From assembly GCA_964016885.1 (NCBI GenBank), contig OZ024741.1, forward strand, positions 259,718,001-259,782,000: DNA of 64,000 bases, given 5' to 3'. Made by a program: the position numbers and the translations under genes. Of this stretch, positions 40,201-54,006 are shown piece after piece. Below the pieces are notes generated by a model. The model saw nothing but the letters and a program-made list of their open reading frames with translations. It was not told the DNA's origin and made no database searches. This stretch comes from Eledone cirrhosa (taxonomy: Eukaryota). Position 1 is the stretch's first letter. Each line of letters opens with the position of its first letter.

Positions 40201-43200
40201 AACACTCGTAAGTCGAAACACTCGTAGTCGAAACACTCGTAAGTCGAAACACCCGTAAGTCGAAACACTCGTAAGTCGAAACACTCGTAAGCCGAAACAC
40301 TCGTAAGTCGAAACACTCATAAGCCGAAACACTCGTAAGTCGAAACACTCGTAAGTCAGAACACTCGTAGTCAGAACACTCGTAAGTCAAACCACTCGTA
40401 AGCCGAAACACTCGTAAGTCGAAACACTCGTAAGTCGAAACACTCGTAAGTCGAAAAACTCGTAAGCCGGAACACTCGTAAGTCAGAACACTCGTAAGTC
40501 AGAACACTCGTAAGTCGAAACACTCGTAAGCCGAAACACCCGTAAGTCGAAACATTCGTAAGTCGAAACACCCGTAAGTCGAAACACTCGTAAGTCGAAA
40601 CACTCGTAAGTCGAAACACCGTAAGTCAAAACACTCGTATGTCGAAACATCCGTAAATCAGAACACTCCTAAGTCAAAACACTCGTAAGTCGAAACACTC
40701 GTAAGTCAAAAATACTCGTAAGTCGAAACACCCTTAAGTAAAAACACTCGTAAGTCGCAACACTCGTAAGCCGAAACACCCGTCAGTTAAAACACCCGTA
40801 AGTCGAAACACTCGTAAGTCAAAACTCTCGTACGCCGAAACACTCGTAAGTAAAAACATTAGTAAGTCGAAACACTCGTAAGCCGAAACACTCATAAGTC
40901 GAAACACTCGTAAGCCGAAACACCCGTAAGTCAAAACATTCGTAAGTCAAAACACTCGTAAGTCGAAACACCCGTAAGTCGAAACACACACTCGTATGTC
41001 GAAACACTCGTAAGCCGAAACACCGTAAGTAAAAACACTCGTAAGTCGAAACACCCACAAGTCGAAACACTCGTAAGCCGAAACACTCGTAAGTCGAAAC
41101 ACTCATAAGCCGAAACACTCGTAAGTCGGAACACTCGTAAATCAGAACACCCGCAAGTCAGAACACTCGTATCGAAACACTCGTATGTCAAAACACCCGT
41201 AAGTCAAAACACTCGTAAGTCGAAACACTCGTAAGCCGAAACACCGTAAGTAAAAAAACTCGTAAGTCGAAATACTCGTAAGTCGAAACACTCGTAAGCC
41301 GAAACAATCGTAATTCAAAACACTCGTAAGTCGAAACACTCGTAAGCCGAAACAATCGTAAGTCGAAACACTCGTAAGCCGAAAATACTCGTAAGTCGGA
41401 ACACCCGTAAGCCGAAACACTCGTATGTCGAAACACTCGTAAGCCGAAACAACATAAGTAAAAACACTCGTAAGTCGAAACACCCATAAGTCGAAACACT
41501 CGTAAGCCGAAACACTCGTAAGTCGAAACACTCATAAGCCGAAACACTCGTAAGTCGGAACACTCGTAAATCAGAACACCCGCAAGTCAGAACACTCGTA
41601 AATCAGAACACTCTTAAGTCGAAACTCACGTACGCCGAAACACTCGTAAGTCGAAACACTCGTAAGTCGAAACATCCTTAAGTCGAAACACTCGTACACC
41701 GAAACACTCGTAAGTATAAACATTAGTAAGTCGAAACACTCGTATGTCGAAACACTCGTAAACCGAAACACTCGTAAGTCGGAACACTCGTAAGTCAGAA
41801 CACTCGTAAGTCAGAACACTCGTAATTCGAAACACTCATAAGTCGAAACACTCGTAAGTCGAAACACCCGTAAGTCGAAACACCCGTAAGTCGAAACACT
41901 CGTATGTCGAATAACTCGTAAGCCGAAACACTGTAAGTCAAAACACTCGTAAGTCGAAACACTCGTAAGTCGAAACACCCATAAGCCGAAACATTCGTAA
42001 GCCAAAACATTCGTAAGTCGAAACACTCGTAAACCGAAACACTCGTAAGCCAAAACATTCGTAAGTCGAAACACTCGTAAGTCGAAACACCCATAGCCGA
42101 AACACTTGTAAGTCTGAACACACGTAAGTCAGAACACCCGTAAGTCAGAACACTCGTAAGTCAGAACACTCGTAAGTCAGAACACTCGTAAGTCAGAGCA
42201 CTCGTATCGAAACACTCGTATGTCAAAACACCCGTAAGTCAAAACACTCGTAAGTCGAAACACTCGTAAGCCGAAACACCGTAAGCCAAAACACTCGTAA
42301 GTCGAAACATCCGTAAGTCGGAACACTCGTAAGTCGAAACACTCGTAAGTCGAAACACTCGTAAGCCGAAACACTCGTAAGCCGAAACACTCGTAAGTCG
42401 GAACACTCGTAAGTCGGAACACTCGTAAGTCAGAACACTCGTAAGTCAGAACACTCGTAAGTCAGAACACTCGTAAGTCAGAACACTCGTAAGTCGAAAC
42501 ACTCGTATCGAAACACTCGTATGTCAAAACACCCGTAAGTCAAAACACTCGTAAGTCGAAACACTCGTAAGTCGAAACATTCGTATGTCGAAACATCCGT
42601 AAATCAGAACACTCGTAAGTCGAAACACTCGTAAGTCGAAACACTCGTAAGCCGAAACACTCGTAAGTCGAAGCACTCGTATCGAAACACTCGTAAGTCG
42701 AAACACCCTTAAGTCAAAACACTCGTAAGCCAAAACACTCGTAAGTCGAAACACTCGTAAGTCGGAACACTCGTAAGTCAGAACACTCGTAAGTCAGAAC
42801 ACTCGTAAGTGGAAACACGCGTAAGTCGAAACACTCATAAGTCGAAACACTCGTAAGTCGAAACACCCGTAAGTCGAAACACCCGTAAGTCGAAACACTC
42901 GTATGTCGAATAACTCGTAAGCCGAAACACCGTAAGTCAAAACACTCGTAAGTCGAAACACTCGTAAGTCGAAACACCCATAAGCCGAAACACTCGTAAG
43001 CCAAAACATTCGTAAGTCGAAACACTCGTAAACCGAAACACTCGTAAGCCAAAACATTCGTAAGTCGAAACACTCGTAAGTCGAAACACCCATAGCCGAA
43101 ACACTCGTAAGTCTGAACACACGTAAGTCAGAACAGCCGTAAGTCAGAACACTCGTAAGTCAGAACACTCTTAAGTCAGAACACTCGTAAGTCAGAGCAC

Positions 43201-46200
43201 TCGTATCGAAACACTCGTATGTCAAAACACCCGTAAGTCAAAACACTCGTAAGTCGAAACACTCGTAAGTCGAAACACTCGTATGTCGAAACATCCGTAA
43301 ATCAGAACACTCGTAAGTCGAAACACTCGTAAGTCGAAACACTCGTAAGCCGAAACACTCGTAAGTCGAAGCACTCGTATCGAAACACTCGTAAGTCGAA
43401 ACACCCTTAAGTCAAAACACTCGTAAGCCAAAACACTCGTAAGTCGAAACACTCGTAAGTCGGAACACTCGTAAGTCAGAACACTCGTAAGTCAGAACAC
43501 TCGTAAGTGGAAACACGCGTAAGTCGAAAGACCCGTAAGTCAAAAATCTCGTAAGTCAAAACACTCGTAAGCCGAAACACTCGTAAGTCGAAACACTCGT
43601 AAGTCGAAACACCCGTAAGTCGGAACACTCGTAAGTCAGAATACTCGTAAGTCAAAACACTCGTAAACCGGAACACCCGTAAGGCAAAACATTCGCATGT
43701 CAAAACACTCGTAAGTCGAAACACTCGTAAGCCGAAACACTCGTAAGTCGAAACACTCGTAAGTCGAAACACTCGTAAGTCGAAACACTCGTAAGTCAGT
43801 GCACCCGTAAGTCAGAACACTCGTAGTCAGAATACTCGTAAGTCGAAACACTCGTATGTCGAAACACCCGTAAGTCGAAACATCCGTCAGTCAAAACACT
43901 CGTATGTCGAAACACTCGTAAGCCGAAACACTCATAAGTCGAAACACTCGTAAGCCGAAACACCCGTAAGTCAAAACATTCGTAAGTCAAAACACTCGTA
44001 AGTCGAAACACCCGTAAGTCAAAACACTCGTATGTCGAAACACTCGTAAGCCGAAACAACGTAAGTAAAAACACTCGTAAGTCGAAACACCCATAAGTCG
44101 AAACACTCGTAAGCCGAAACACTCGTAAGTCGAAACACTCATAAGCCGAAACACTCGTAAGTCGGAACACTCGTAAATCAGAACACCCGCAAGTCAGAAC
44201 ACTCGTAAATCAGAACACTCTTAAGTCGAAACTCACGTACGCTGAAACACTCGTAAGTCGAAACACTCGTAAGTCGAAACATCCTTAAGTCGAAACACTC
44301 GTACACCGAAACACTCGTAAGTATAAACATTAGTAAGTCGAAACACTCGTAAGCCGAAACACTCGTAAGTCGAAACACCCGTAAATCGAAACACCCGTAA
44401 GTCAAAATACTCGTATGTCGAAACACTCGTAAACCGAAACACTCGTAAGTCGGAACACTCGTAAGTCAGAACACTCGTAAGTCAGAACACTCGTAAGTCG
44501 AAACACTCATAAGTCGAAACACTCGTAAGTCGAAACACCCGTAAGTCGAAACCCCCGTAAGTCGAAACACTCGTATGTCGAATAACTCGTAAGCCGAAAC
44601 ACTCGTAAGTCGGAACACTCGTAAATCAGAACACCCGCAAGTCAGAACACTCGTAAATCAGAACACTCTTAAGTCGAAACTCACGTACGCCGAAACACTC
44701 GTAAGTCGGAACACTCGTAAGTCGAAACACTCGTAAGTCGAAACACTCGTAAGCCGAAACACTCGTAAGCCGAAACACTCGTAAGTCGGAACACTCGTAA
44801 GTCGGAACACTCGTAAGTCAGAACACTCGTAAGTCAGAACACTCGTAAGTCAGAACACTCGTAAGTCAGAATACTCGTAAGTCGAAACACCCGTAAGTCG
44901 AAACACCCGTAAGTCGAAACACTCGTATGTCGAATAACTCGTAAGCCGAAACACCGTAAGTCAAAACACTCGTAAGTCGAAACACTCGTAAGTCGAAACA
45001 CCCATAAGCCGAAACACTCGTAAGCCAAAACATTCGTAAGTCGAAACACTCGTAAACCGAAACACTCGTAAGCCAAAACATTCGTAAGTCGAAACACTCG
45101 TAAGTCGAAACACCCATAGCCGAAACACTTGTAAGTCTGAACACACGTAAGTCAGAACACCCGTAAGTCAGAACACTCGTAAGTCAGAACACTCGTAAGT
45201 CAGAACACTCGTAAGTCAGAGCACTCGTATCGAAACACTCGTATGTCAAAACACCCGTAAGTCAAAACACTCGTAAGTCGAAACACTCGTAAGCCGAAAC
45301 ACCGTAAGCCAAAACACTCGTAAGTCGAAACACCCGTAAGTCGGAACACTCGTAAGTCGAAACACTCGTAAGTCGAAACACTCGTAAGCCGAAACACTCG
45401 TAAGCCGAAACACTCGTAAGTCGGAACACTCGTAAGTCGGAACACTCGTAAGTCAGAACACTCGTAAGTCAGAACACTCGTAAGTCAGAACACTCGTAAG
45501 TCAGAACACTCGTAAGTCGAAACACTCGTATCGAAACACTCGTATGTCAAAACACCAGTAAGTCGAAACACTCGTATCGAAACACTCGTATGTCAAAACA
45601 CCAGTAAGTCAAAACACTCGTAAGTCGAAACACTCGTAAGCCGAAACACCGTAAGTCGAAACACCCGTATGTCGAAACACTCGTAAGCCGAAACACTCGT
45701 AAGTCGAAACACTCGTAGTCGAAACACTCGTAAGTCGAAACACCCGTAAGTCGAAACACTCGTAAGTCGAAACACTCGTAAGCCGAAACACTCGTAAGTC
45801 GAAACACTCGTAAGTCAGAACACTCGTAGTCAGAACACTCGTAAATCAAACCACTCGTAAGCCGAAACACTCGTAAGTCGAAACACTCGTAAGTCGAAAC
45901 ACTCGTAAGTCGAAAAACTCGTAAGCCGGAACACTCGTAAGTCAGAACACTCGTAAGTCAGAACACTCGTAAGTCGAAACATCCGTAAATCAGAACACTC
46001 CTAAGTCAAAACACTCGTAAGTCGAAACACTCGTAAGTCAAAAATACTCGTAAGTCGAAACACCCTTAAGTAAAAACACTCGTAAGTCGAAACACTCGTA
46101 AGCCGAAACACCCGTCAGTTAAAACACCCGTAAGTCGAAACACTCGTAAGTCAAAACTCTCGTACGCCGAAACACTCGTAAGTAAAAACATTAGTAAGTC

Positions 46201-47050
46201 GAAACACTCGTAAGCCGAAAGACTCATAAGTCGAAACACTCGTAAGCCGAAACACCCGTAAGTCAAAACATTCGTAAGTCAAAACACTCGTAAGTCGAAA
46301 CACCCGTAAGTCGAAACACTCGTATGTCGAAACACTCGTAAGCCGAAACACCGTAAGTAAAAACACTCGTAAGTCGAAACACCCACAAGTCGAAACACTC
46401 GTAAGCCGAAACACTCGTAAGTCGAAATACTCATAAGCCGAAACACTCGTAAGTCGGAACACTCGTAAATCAGAACACCCGCAAGTCAGAACACTCGTAT
46501 CGAAACACTCGTATGTCAAAACACCCGTAAGTCAAAACACTCGTAAGTCGAAACACTCGTAAGCCGAAACACCGTAAGTAAAAAAACTCGTAAGTCGAAA
46601 TACTCGTAAGTCGAAACACTCGTAAGCCGAAACAATCGTAATTCAAAACACTCGTAAGTCGAAACACTCGTAAGCCGAAACAATCGTAAGTCGAAACACT
46701 CGTAAGCCGAAAATACTCGTAAGTCGGAACACCCGTAAGCCGAAACACTCGTATGTCGAAACACTCGTAAGCCGAAACAACATAAGTAAAAACACTCGTA
46801 AGTCGAAACACCCATAAGTCGAAACACTCGTAAGCCGAAACACTCGTAAGTCGAAACACTCATAAGCCGAAACACTCGTAAGTCGGAACACTCGTAAATC
46901 AGAACACCCGCAAGTCAGAACACTCGTAAATCAGAATACTCTTAAGTCGAAACTCACGTACGCTGAAACACTGGTAAGTCGAAACACTCGTAAGTCGAAA
47001 CATCCTTAAGTCGAAACACTCGTACACCGAAACACTCGTAAGTATAAACA
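34300..47050 (+). repeat. Large element-free duplication at a ~7.8-8.2-kb offset
   Basis: 34508->42714 (8206); 35254->43476 (8222); 36879->44834 (7955); 38674->46470 (7796). Confidence 0.8.
36830..41820 (+). repeat. Higher-order tandem duplication, 2464/2468-bp unit, no AT element
   Basis: Offsets 36879->39343, 37592->40056 and 38270->40734 (2464); 38674->41142 (2468, after a 4-bp insertion). Confidence 0.9.
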
Positions 47051-48304
47051 TTAGTAAGTCGAAACACTCGTAAGCCGAAACACTCGTAAGTCGAAACACC
47101 CGTAAATCGAAACACCCGTAAGTCAAAACACTCGTATGTCGAAACACTCGTAAACCGAAACACTCGTAAGTCGGAACACTCGTAAGTCAGAACACTCGTA
47201 AGTCAGAACACTCGTAAGTCGAAACACTCATAAGTCGAAACACTCGTAAGTCGAAACACCCGTAAGTCGAAACCCCCGTAAGTCGAAACACTCGTATGTC
47301 GAATAACTCGTAAGCCGAAACACCGTAAGTCAAAACACTCGTAAGTCGAAACACTCGTAAGTCGAAACACCCATAAGCCGAAACACTCGTAAGCCAAAAC
47401 ATTCGTAAGTCGAAACACTCGTAAACCGAAACACTCGTAAGCCAAAACATTCGTAAGTCGAAACACTCGTAAGTCGAAACACCCATAGCCGAAACACTCG
47501 TAAGTCGGAACACACGTAAGTCAGAACACCCGTAAGTCAGAACACTCGTAAGTCAGAACACTCGTAAGTCAGAACACTCGTAAGTCAGAGCACTCGTATC
47601 GAAACACTCGTATGTCAAAACACCCGTAAGTCAAAACACTCGTAAGTCGAAACACTCGTAAGCCGAAACACCGTAAGCCAAAACACTCGTAAGTCGAAAC
47701 ACCCGTAAGTCGGAACACTCGTAAGTCGAAACACTCGTAAGTCGAAACACTCGTAAGCCGAAACACTCGTAAGCAGAAACACTCGTAAGTCGGAACACTC
47801 GTAAGTCGGAACACTCGTAAGTCAGAACACTCGTAAGTCAGAACACTCGTAAGTCAGAACACTCGTAAGTCAGAATACTCGTAAGTCGAAACACTCGTAT
47901 CGAAACACTCGTATGTCAAAACACCCGTAAGTCAAAACACTCGTAAGTCGAAACACTCGTAAGTCGAAACACTCGTATGTCGAAACATCCGTAAATCAGA
48001 ACACTCGTAAGTCGAAACTCTCGTAAGCCGAAACACTCGTAAGTCGAAACACTCGTATCGAAACACTCGTAAGTCGAAACACCCTTAAGTCAAAACACTC
48101 GTAAGCCAAAACACTCGTAAGTCGAAACACTCGTAAGTCGGAACACTCGTAAGTCAGAACACTCGTAAGTCAGAACACTCGTAAGTGGAAACACGCGTAA
48201 GTCGAAAGACCCGTAAGTCAAAAATCTCGTAAGTCAAAACACTCGTAAGCCGAAACACTCGTAAGTCGAAACACTCGTAAGTCGAAACATTCGTAAAGCG
48301 AAAC

Positions 48305-48374
48305 GTATAAATAAAGATTAATGTAATGAACTTGAAAAGCATAGATATTTGAAACCGCGTCTATTTGTTATTTT
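48305..48374 (+). repeat. 70-bp AT-rich element, type A (copy 20)
   Basis: A alleles. Confidence 0.95.
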
Positions 48375-49471
48375 CGTAAGTCGAAACACTCGTAAGTCAG
48401 AACACTCGTAAGTCAGAACACTCTTAAGTGAGAACACTCGTATCGAAACACTCGTATGTCAAAACACCCGTAAGTCAAAACACTCGTAAGTCGAAACACT
48501 CGTAAGTCGAAACACTCGTAAGCCGAAACAATCGTAAGTCAAAACACTCGTAAGTCGAAACACTCGTAAGCCGAAAATACTCGTAAGTCGGAACACCCGT
48601 AAGCCGAAACCCTCGTAGTTCGGAACACTCGTAAGTCGAAACACTCGTAAGTCGAAACACCCGTAAGTCGAAACACTCGTAAGTCGAAACACCCGTAAGT
48701 CGAAACATCCGTAAGACAAAACACTCGTATGTCGAAACACTCGTAAGCCGAGACACTCGTAAGTCGGAACACTCGCAAGTCAGAACACTCGTAAGTCAGA
48801 ACACTCGTAAGTCGAAACACTCGTAAGTCGAAACACCCGTAAGTCGAAACGCCCGTAAGTCAAAACACTCGTATGTCGAAACACTCGCAAGCCGAAAAAC
48901 CGTAAGTCAAAACACTCGTAAGTCGAAACACTCGTAAGTCGAAACACTCGTAAGCCGAAACACTCGTAAGCGAAAACATTCGTAAGTCGAAACACTCGTA
49001 ACCCGAAACACTCGTAAGTCGAAACACTCGAAAGCCGAAACACTCGTAAGTCGAAACACTCATAAGCCGAAACACTCGTAAGTCGGAACACTCGTAAGTC
49101 AGAACACCCGTAAGTCAGAACACTCGTAGTCAGAACACTCGTAAGTCGAAACACTCGTAAGCCGAAACACTCGCAAGTCGAAGCACTCGTAATCCGAAAC
49201 ACTCTTAAGTCGAAACACTCGTAAGTCAGAACACTCGTAAGTCGAAACACTCGTAAGCCGAAACATCCGTAAGTCAAAACATCCGTAAGTCAAAACATTC
49301 GTAAGTCGAAACACCCGTAGTCGAAACACTCGCATGTCGAAACACTCGTAAGTCGAAACACGCGTAAGTCGAAACACATGTAAGTCAAAACACTCGTAAG
49401 TCAAAACACTCGTAAGCCGAAACACTCGTGAGTCGAAACACTCGTAAGTTGAAACACTCGTAAAGCGAAAC

Positions 49472-49541
49472 GTATAAATAAAGATTAATGTAATGAATTT
49501 GAAAAGCATAGAGATTTGAAACCGCGTCTATTTGTTATTTT
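49472..49541 (+). repeat. 70-bp AT-rich element, type B (copy 21)
   Basis: B alleles. Confidence 0.95.
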
Positions 49542-51526
49542 CGTAAGTCGAAACACTCGTAAGCCGAAGCACTCGTGAGCCGAAACACTTGTAAGTCGGA
49601 ACACTCGTAAGTCAGAACACTCGTAAGTCAGAACACTCGTAAGTTAGAACACTCGTAAGTCAGAACACTCGTAAGTCAGAACACTCGTAAGTCAGAACAC
49701 TCGTAAGTCGAAACACTCGTATCGAAACACTCGTATGTCAAAACAGCAGTAAGTCAAAACACTCGTAAGTCGAAACACTCGTAAGCCGAAACACCGTAAG
49801 TCAAAACACTCGTAAGTCGAAACACTCGTAAGTCGAAACACTCGTAAGTCGAAACACTCGTAATCCGAAACACTCGTAAGCCGAAACACTCGTAAGTCGA
49901 AACACTCGTAAGTCGAAACACTCGTAAGCCGAAACACTCGTAAGCCGAAACACTCGTAAGTCGGAACACTCGTAAGTCAGAACACTCATAAGTCAGAACA
50001 CTCGTAAGTCAGAACACTCGTAAGTCGAAACACTCGTAAGCCGAAACACCGTAAGTCGAAACACCCGTATGTCGAAACACTCGTAAGCCGAAACACTCTT
50101 AAGTCGAAACACTCATAAGCCGAAACACTCGTAAGTCGGAACACTCGTAAATCAGAACACCCGCAAGTCAGAACACTCGTAAATCAGAACACTCTTAAGT
50201 CGAAACTTACGTACGCCGAAACAATCGTAAGTCGAAACACTCGTAAGTCGAAACATCCTTAAGTCGAAACACTCGTACACCGAAACACTCGTAAGTATAA
50301 ACATTAGTAAGTCGAAACACTCGTATGTCGAAACACTCGTAAACCGAAACACTCGTAAGTCGGAACACTCGTAAGTCAGAACACTCGTAAGTCAGAACAC
50401 TCGTAAGTCGAAACACTCATAAGTCGAAACACTCGTAAGTCGAAACACCCGTAAGTCGAAACACCCGTAAGTCGAAACACTCGTATGTCGAATAACTCGT
50501 AAGCCGAAACACCGTAAGTCAAAACACTCGTAAGTCGAAACACTCGTAAGTCGAAACACCCATAAGCCGAAACACTCGTAAGCCAAAACATTCGTAAGTC
50601 GAAACACTCGTAAACCGAAACACTCGTAAGCCAAAACATTCGTAAGTCGGAACACTCGTAAGTCAGAACACTCATAAGTCAGAACACTCGTAAGTCAGAA
50701 CACTCGTAAGTCGAAACACTCGTAAGCCGAAACACCGTAAGTCGAAACACCCGTATGTCGAAACACTCGTAAGCCGAAACACTCTTAAGTCGAAACACCC
50801 ATAGCCGAAACACTTGTAAGTCTGAACACACGTAAGTCAGAACACCCGTAAGTCAGAACACTCGTAAGTCAGAACACTCGTAAGTCAGAACACTCGTAAG
50901 TCAGAGCACTCGTATCGAAACACTCGTATGTCAAAACACCCGTAAGTCAAAACACTCGTAAGTCGAAACACTCGTAAGTCGAAACACTCGTAAGCCGAAA
51001 CACCGTAAGCCAAAACACTCGTAAGTCGAAACACCCGTAAGTCGGAACACTCGTAAGTCGAAACACTCGTAAGCCGAAACACTCATAAGCCGAAACACTC
51101 GTAAGTCGGAACACTCGTAAGTCAGAACACCCGTAAGTCAGAACACTCGTAGTCAGAACACTCGTTAGTCGAAACACTCGTAAGCCGAAAGACTCGCAAG
51201 TCGAAGCACTCGTAATCCGAAACACTCTTAAGTCGAAACACTCGTAAGTCGGAAGACTCGTAAGTCAGAACACTCGTAAGTCAGAACACTCGTAAGTCGA
51301 AACACTCGTAAGCCGAAACATCCGTAAGTCAAAACATCCGTAGGTCAAAACATTCGTAAGTCGAAACACCCGTAGTCGAAACACTCGCATGTCGAAACAC
51401 TCGTAAGTCGAAACACGCGTAAGTCGAAACACATGTAAGTCAAAACACTCGTAAGTCAAAACACTCGTAAGCCGAAACACTCGTAAGTTGAAACACTCGT
51501 AAGTCGAAACACTCGTAAAGCGAAAC

Positions 51527-51596
51527 GTATAAATAAAGATTAATGTAATGAATTTGAAAAGCATAGAGATTTGAAACCGCGTCTATTTGTTATTTT
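51527..51596 (+). repeat. 70-bp AT-rich element, type B (copy 22)
   Basis: B alleles, followed by CGTAAATCG. Confidence 0.95.
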
Positions 51597-52769
51597 CGTA
51601 AATCGAAACACTCGTAAGCCGCAACACTCGTGAGCCGAAACACTCGTAAGTCGGAACACTCGTAAGTCAGAACACTCGTAAGTCAGAACACTCGTAAGTT
51701 AGAACACTCGTAAGTCAGAACACTCGTAAGTCAGAACACTCGTAAGTCAGAACACTCGTAAGTCGAAACACTCGTATCGAAACACTCGTATGTCAAAACA
51801 CCAGTAAGTCAAAACACTCGTAAGTCGAAACACTCGTAAGCCGAAACACCGTAAGTCAAAACACTCGTAAGTCGAAACACTCGTAAATCGAAACACTCGT
51901 AAGTCGAAACACTCGTAAGTCGAAACACTCGTAAGCCGAAACACTCGTAAGCCGAAACACTCGTAAGTCGGAACACTCGTAAGTCAGAACACTCATAAGT
52001 CAGAACACTCGTAAGTCAGAACACTCGTAAGTCGAAACACTCGTAAGCCGAAACACCGTAAGTCGAAACACCCGTATGTCGAAACACTCGTAAGCCGAAA
52101 CACTCTTAAGTCGAAACACTCATAAGCCGAAACACTCGTAAGTCGGAACACTCGTAAGTCGAAACACCCGTAAGTCGGAACACTCGTAAGTCGAAACACT
52201 CGTAAGTCGAAACACTCGTAAGCCGAAACACTCGTAAGCCGAAACACTCGTAAGTCGGAACACTCGTAAGTCGGAACACTCGTAAGTCAGAACACTCGTA
52301 AGTCAGAACACTCGTAAGTCAGAACACTCGTAAGTCAGAATACTCGTAAGTCGAAACACTCGTATCGAAACACTCGTATGTCAAAACACCCGTAAGTCAA
52401 AACACTCGTAAGTCGAAACACTCGTAAGTCGAAACACTCGTATGTCGAAACATCCGTAAATCAGAACACTCGTAAGTCGAAACACTCGTAAGCCGAAACA
52501 CTCGTAAGTCGAAACACTCGTATCGAAACACTCGTAAGTCGAAACACCCTTAAGTCAAAACACTCGTAAGCCAAAACACTCGTAAGTCGAAACACTCGTA
52601 AGTCGGAACACTCGTAAGTCAGAACACTCGTAAGTCAGAACACTCGTAAGTGGAAACACGCGTAAGACGAAAGACCCGTAAGTCAAAAATCTCGTAAGTC
52701 AAAACACTCGTAAGCCGAAACACTCGTAAGTCGAAACACTCGTAAGTCGAAACATTCGTAAAGCGAAAC

Positions 52770-52839
52770 GTATAAATAAAGATTAATGTAATGAACTTGA
52801 AAAGCATAGATATTTGAAACCGCGTCTATTTGTTATTTT
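52770..52839 (+). repeat. 70-bp AT-rich element, type A (copy 23)
   Basis: A alleles. Confidence 0.95.
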
Positions 52840-53936
52840 CGTAAGTCGAAACACTCGTAAGTCAGAACACTCGTAAGTCAGAACACTCTTAAGTGAGAAC
52901 ACTCGTATCGAAACACTCGTATGTCAAAACACCCGTAAGTCAAAACACTCGTAAGTCGAAACACTCGTAAGTCGAAACACTCGTAAGCCGAAACAATCGT
53001 AAGTCAAAACACTCGTAAGTCGAAACACTCGTAAGCCGAAAATACTCGTAAGTCGGAACACCCGTAAGCCGAAACCCTCGTAGTTCGGAACACTCGTAAG
53101 TCGAAACACTCGTAAGTCGAAACACCCGTAAGTCGAAACACTCGTAAGTCGAAACACCCGTAAGTCGAAACATCCGTAAGACAAAACACTCGTATGTCGA
53201 AACACTCGTAAGCCGAGACACTCGTAAGTCGGAACACTCGCAAGTCAGAACACTCGTAAGTCAGAACACTCGTAAGTCGAAACACTCGTAAGTCGAAACA
53301 CCCGTAAGTCGAAACGCCCGTAAGTCAAAACACTCGTATGTCGAAACACTCGCAAGCCGAAAAACCGTAAGTCAAAACACTCGTAAGTCGAAACACTCGT
53401 AAGTCGAAACACTCGTAAGCCGAAACACTCGTAAGCGAAAACATTCGTAAGTCGAAACACTCGTAACCCGAAACACTCGTAAGTCGAAACACTCGAAAGC
53501 CGAAACACTCGTAAGTCGAAACACTCATAAGCCGAAACACTCGTAAGTCGGAACACTCGTAAGTCAGAACACCCGTAAGTCAGAACACTCGTAGTCAGAA
53601 CACTCGTAAGTCGAAACACTCGTAAGCCGAAACACTCGCAAGTCGAAGCACTCGTAATCCGAAACACTCTTAAGTCGAAACACTCGTAAGTCAGAACACT
53701 CGTAAGTCGAAACACTCGTAAGCCGAAACATCCGTAAGTCAAAACATCCGTAAGTCAAAACATTCGTAAGTCGAAACACCCGTAGTCGAAACACTCGCAT
53801 GTCGAAACACTCGTAATTCGAAACACGCGTAAGTCGAAACACATGTAAGTCAAAACACTCGTAAGTCAAAACACTCGTAAGCCGAAACACTCGTGAGTCG
53901 AAACACTCGTAAGTTGAAACACTCGTAAAGCGAAAC

Positions 53937-54006
53937 GTATAAATAAAGATTAATGTAATGAATTTGAAAAGCATAGAGATTTGAAACCGCGTCTATTTGT
54001 TATTTT
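53937..54006 (+). repeat. 70-bp AT-rich element, type B (copy 24)
   Basis: B alleles. Confidence 0.95.
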
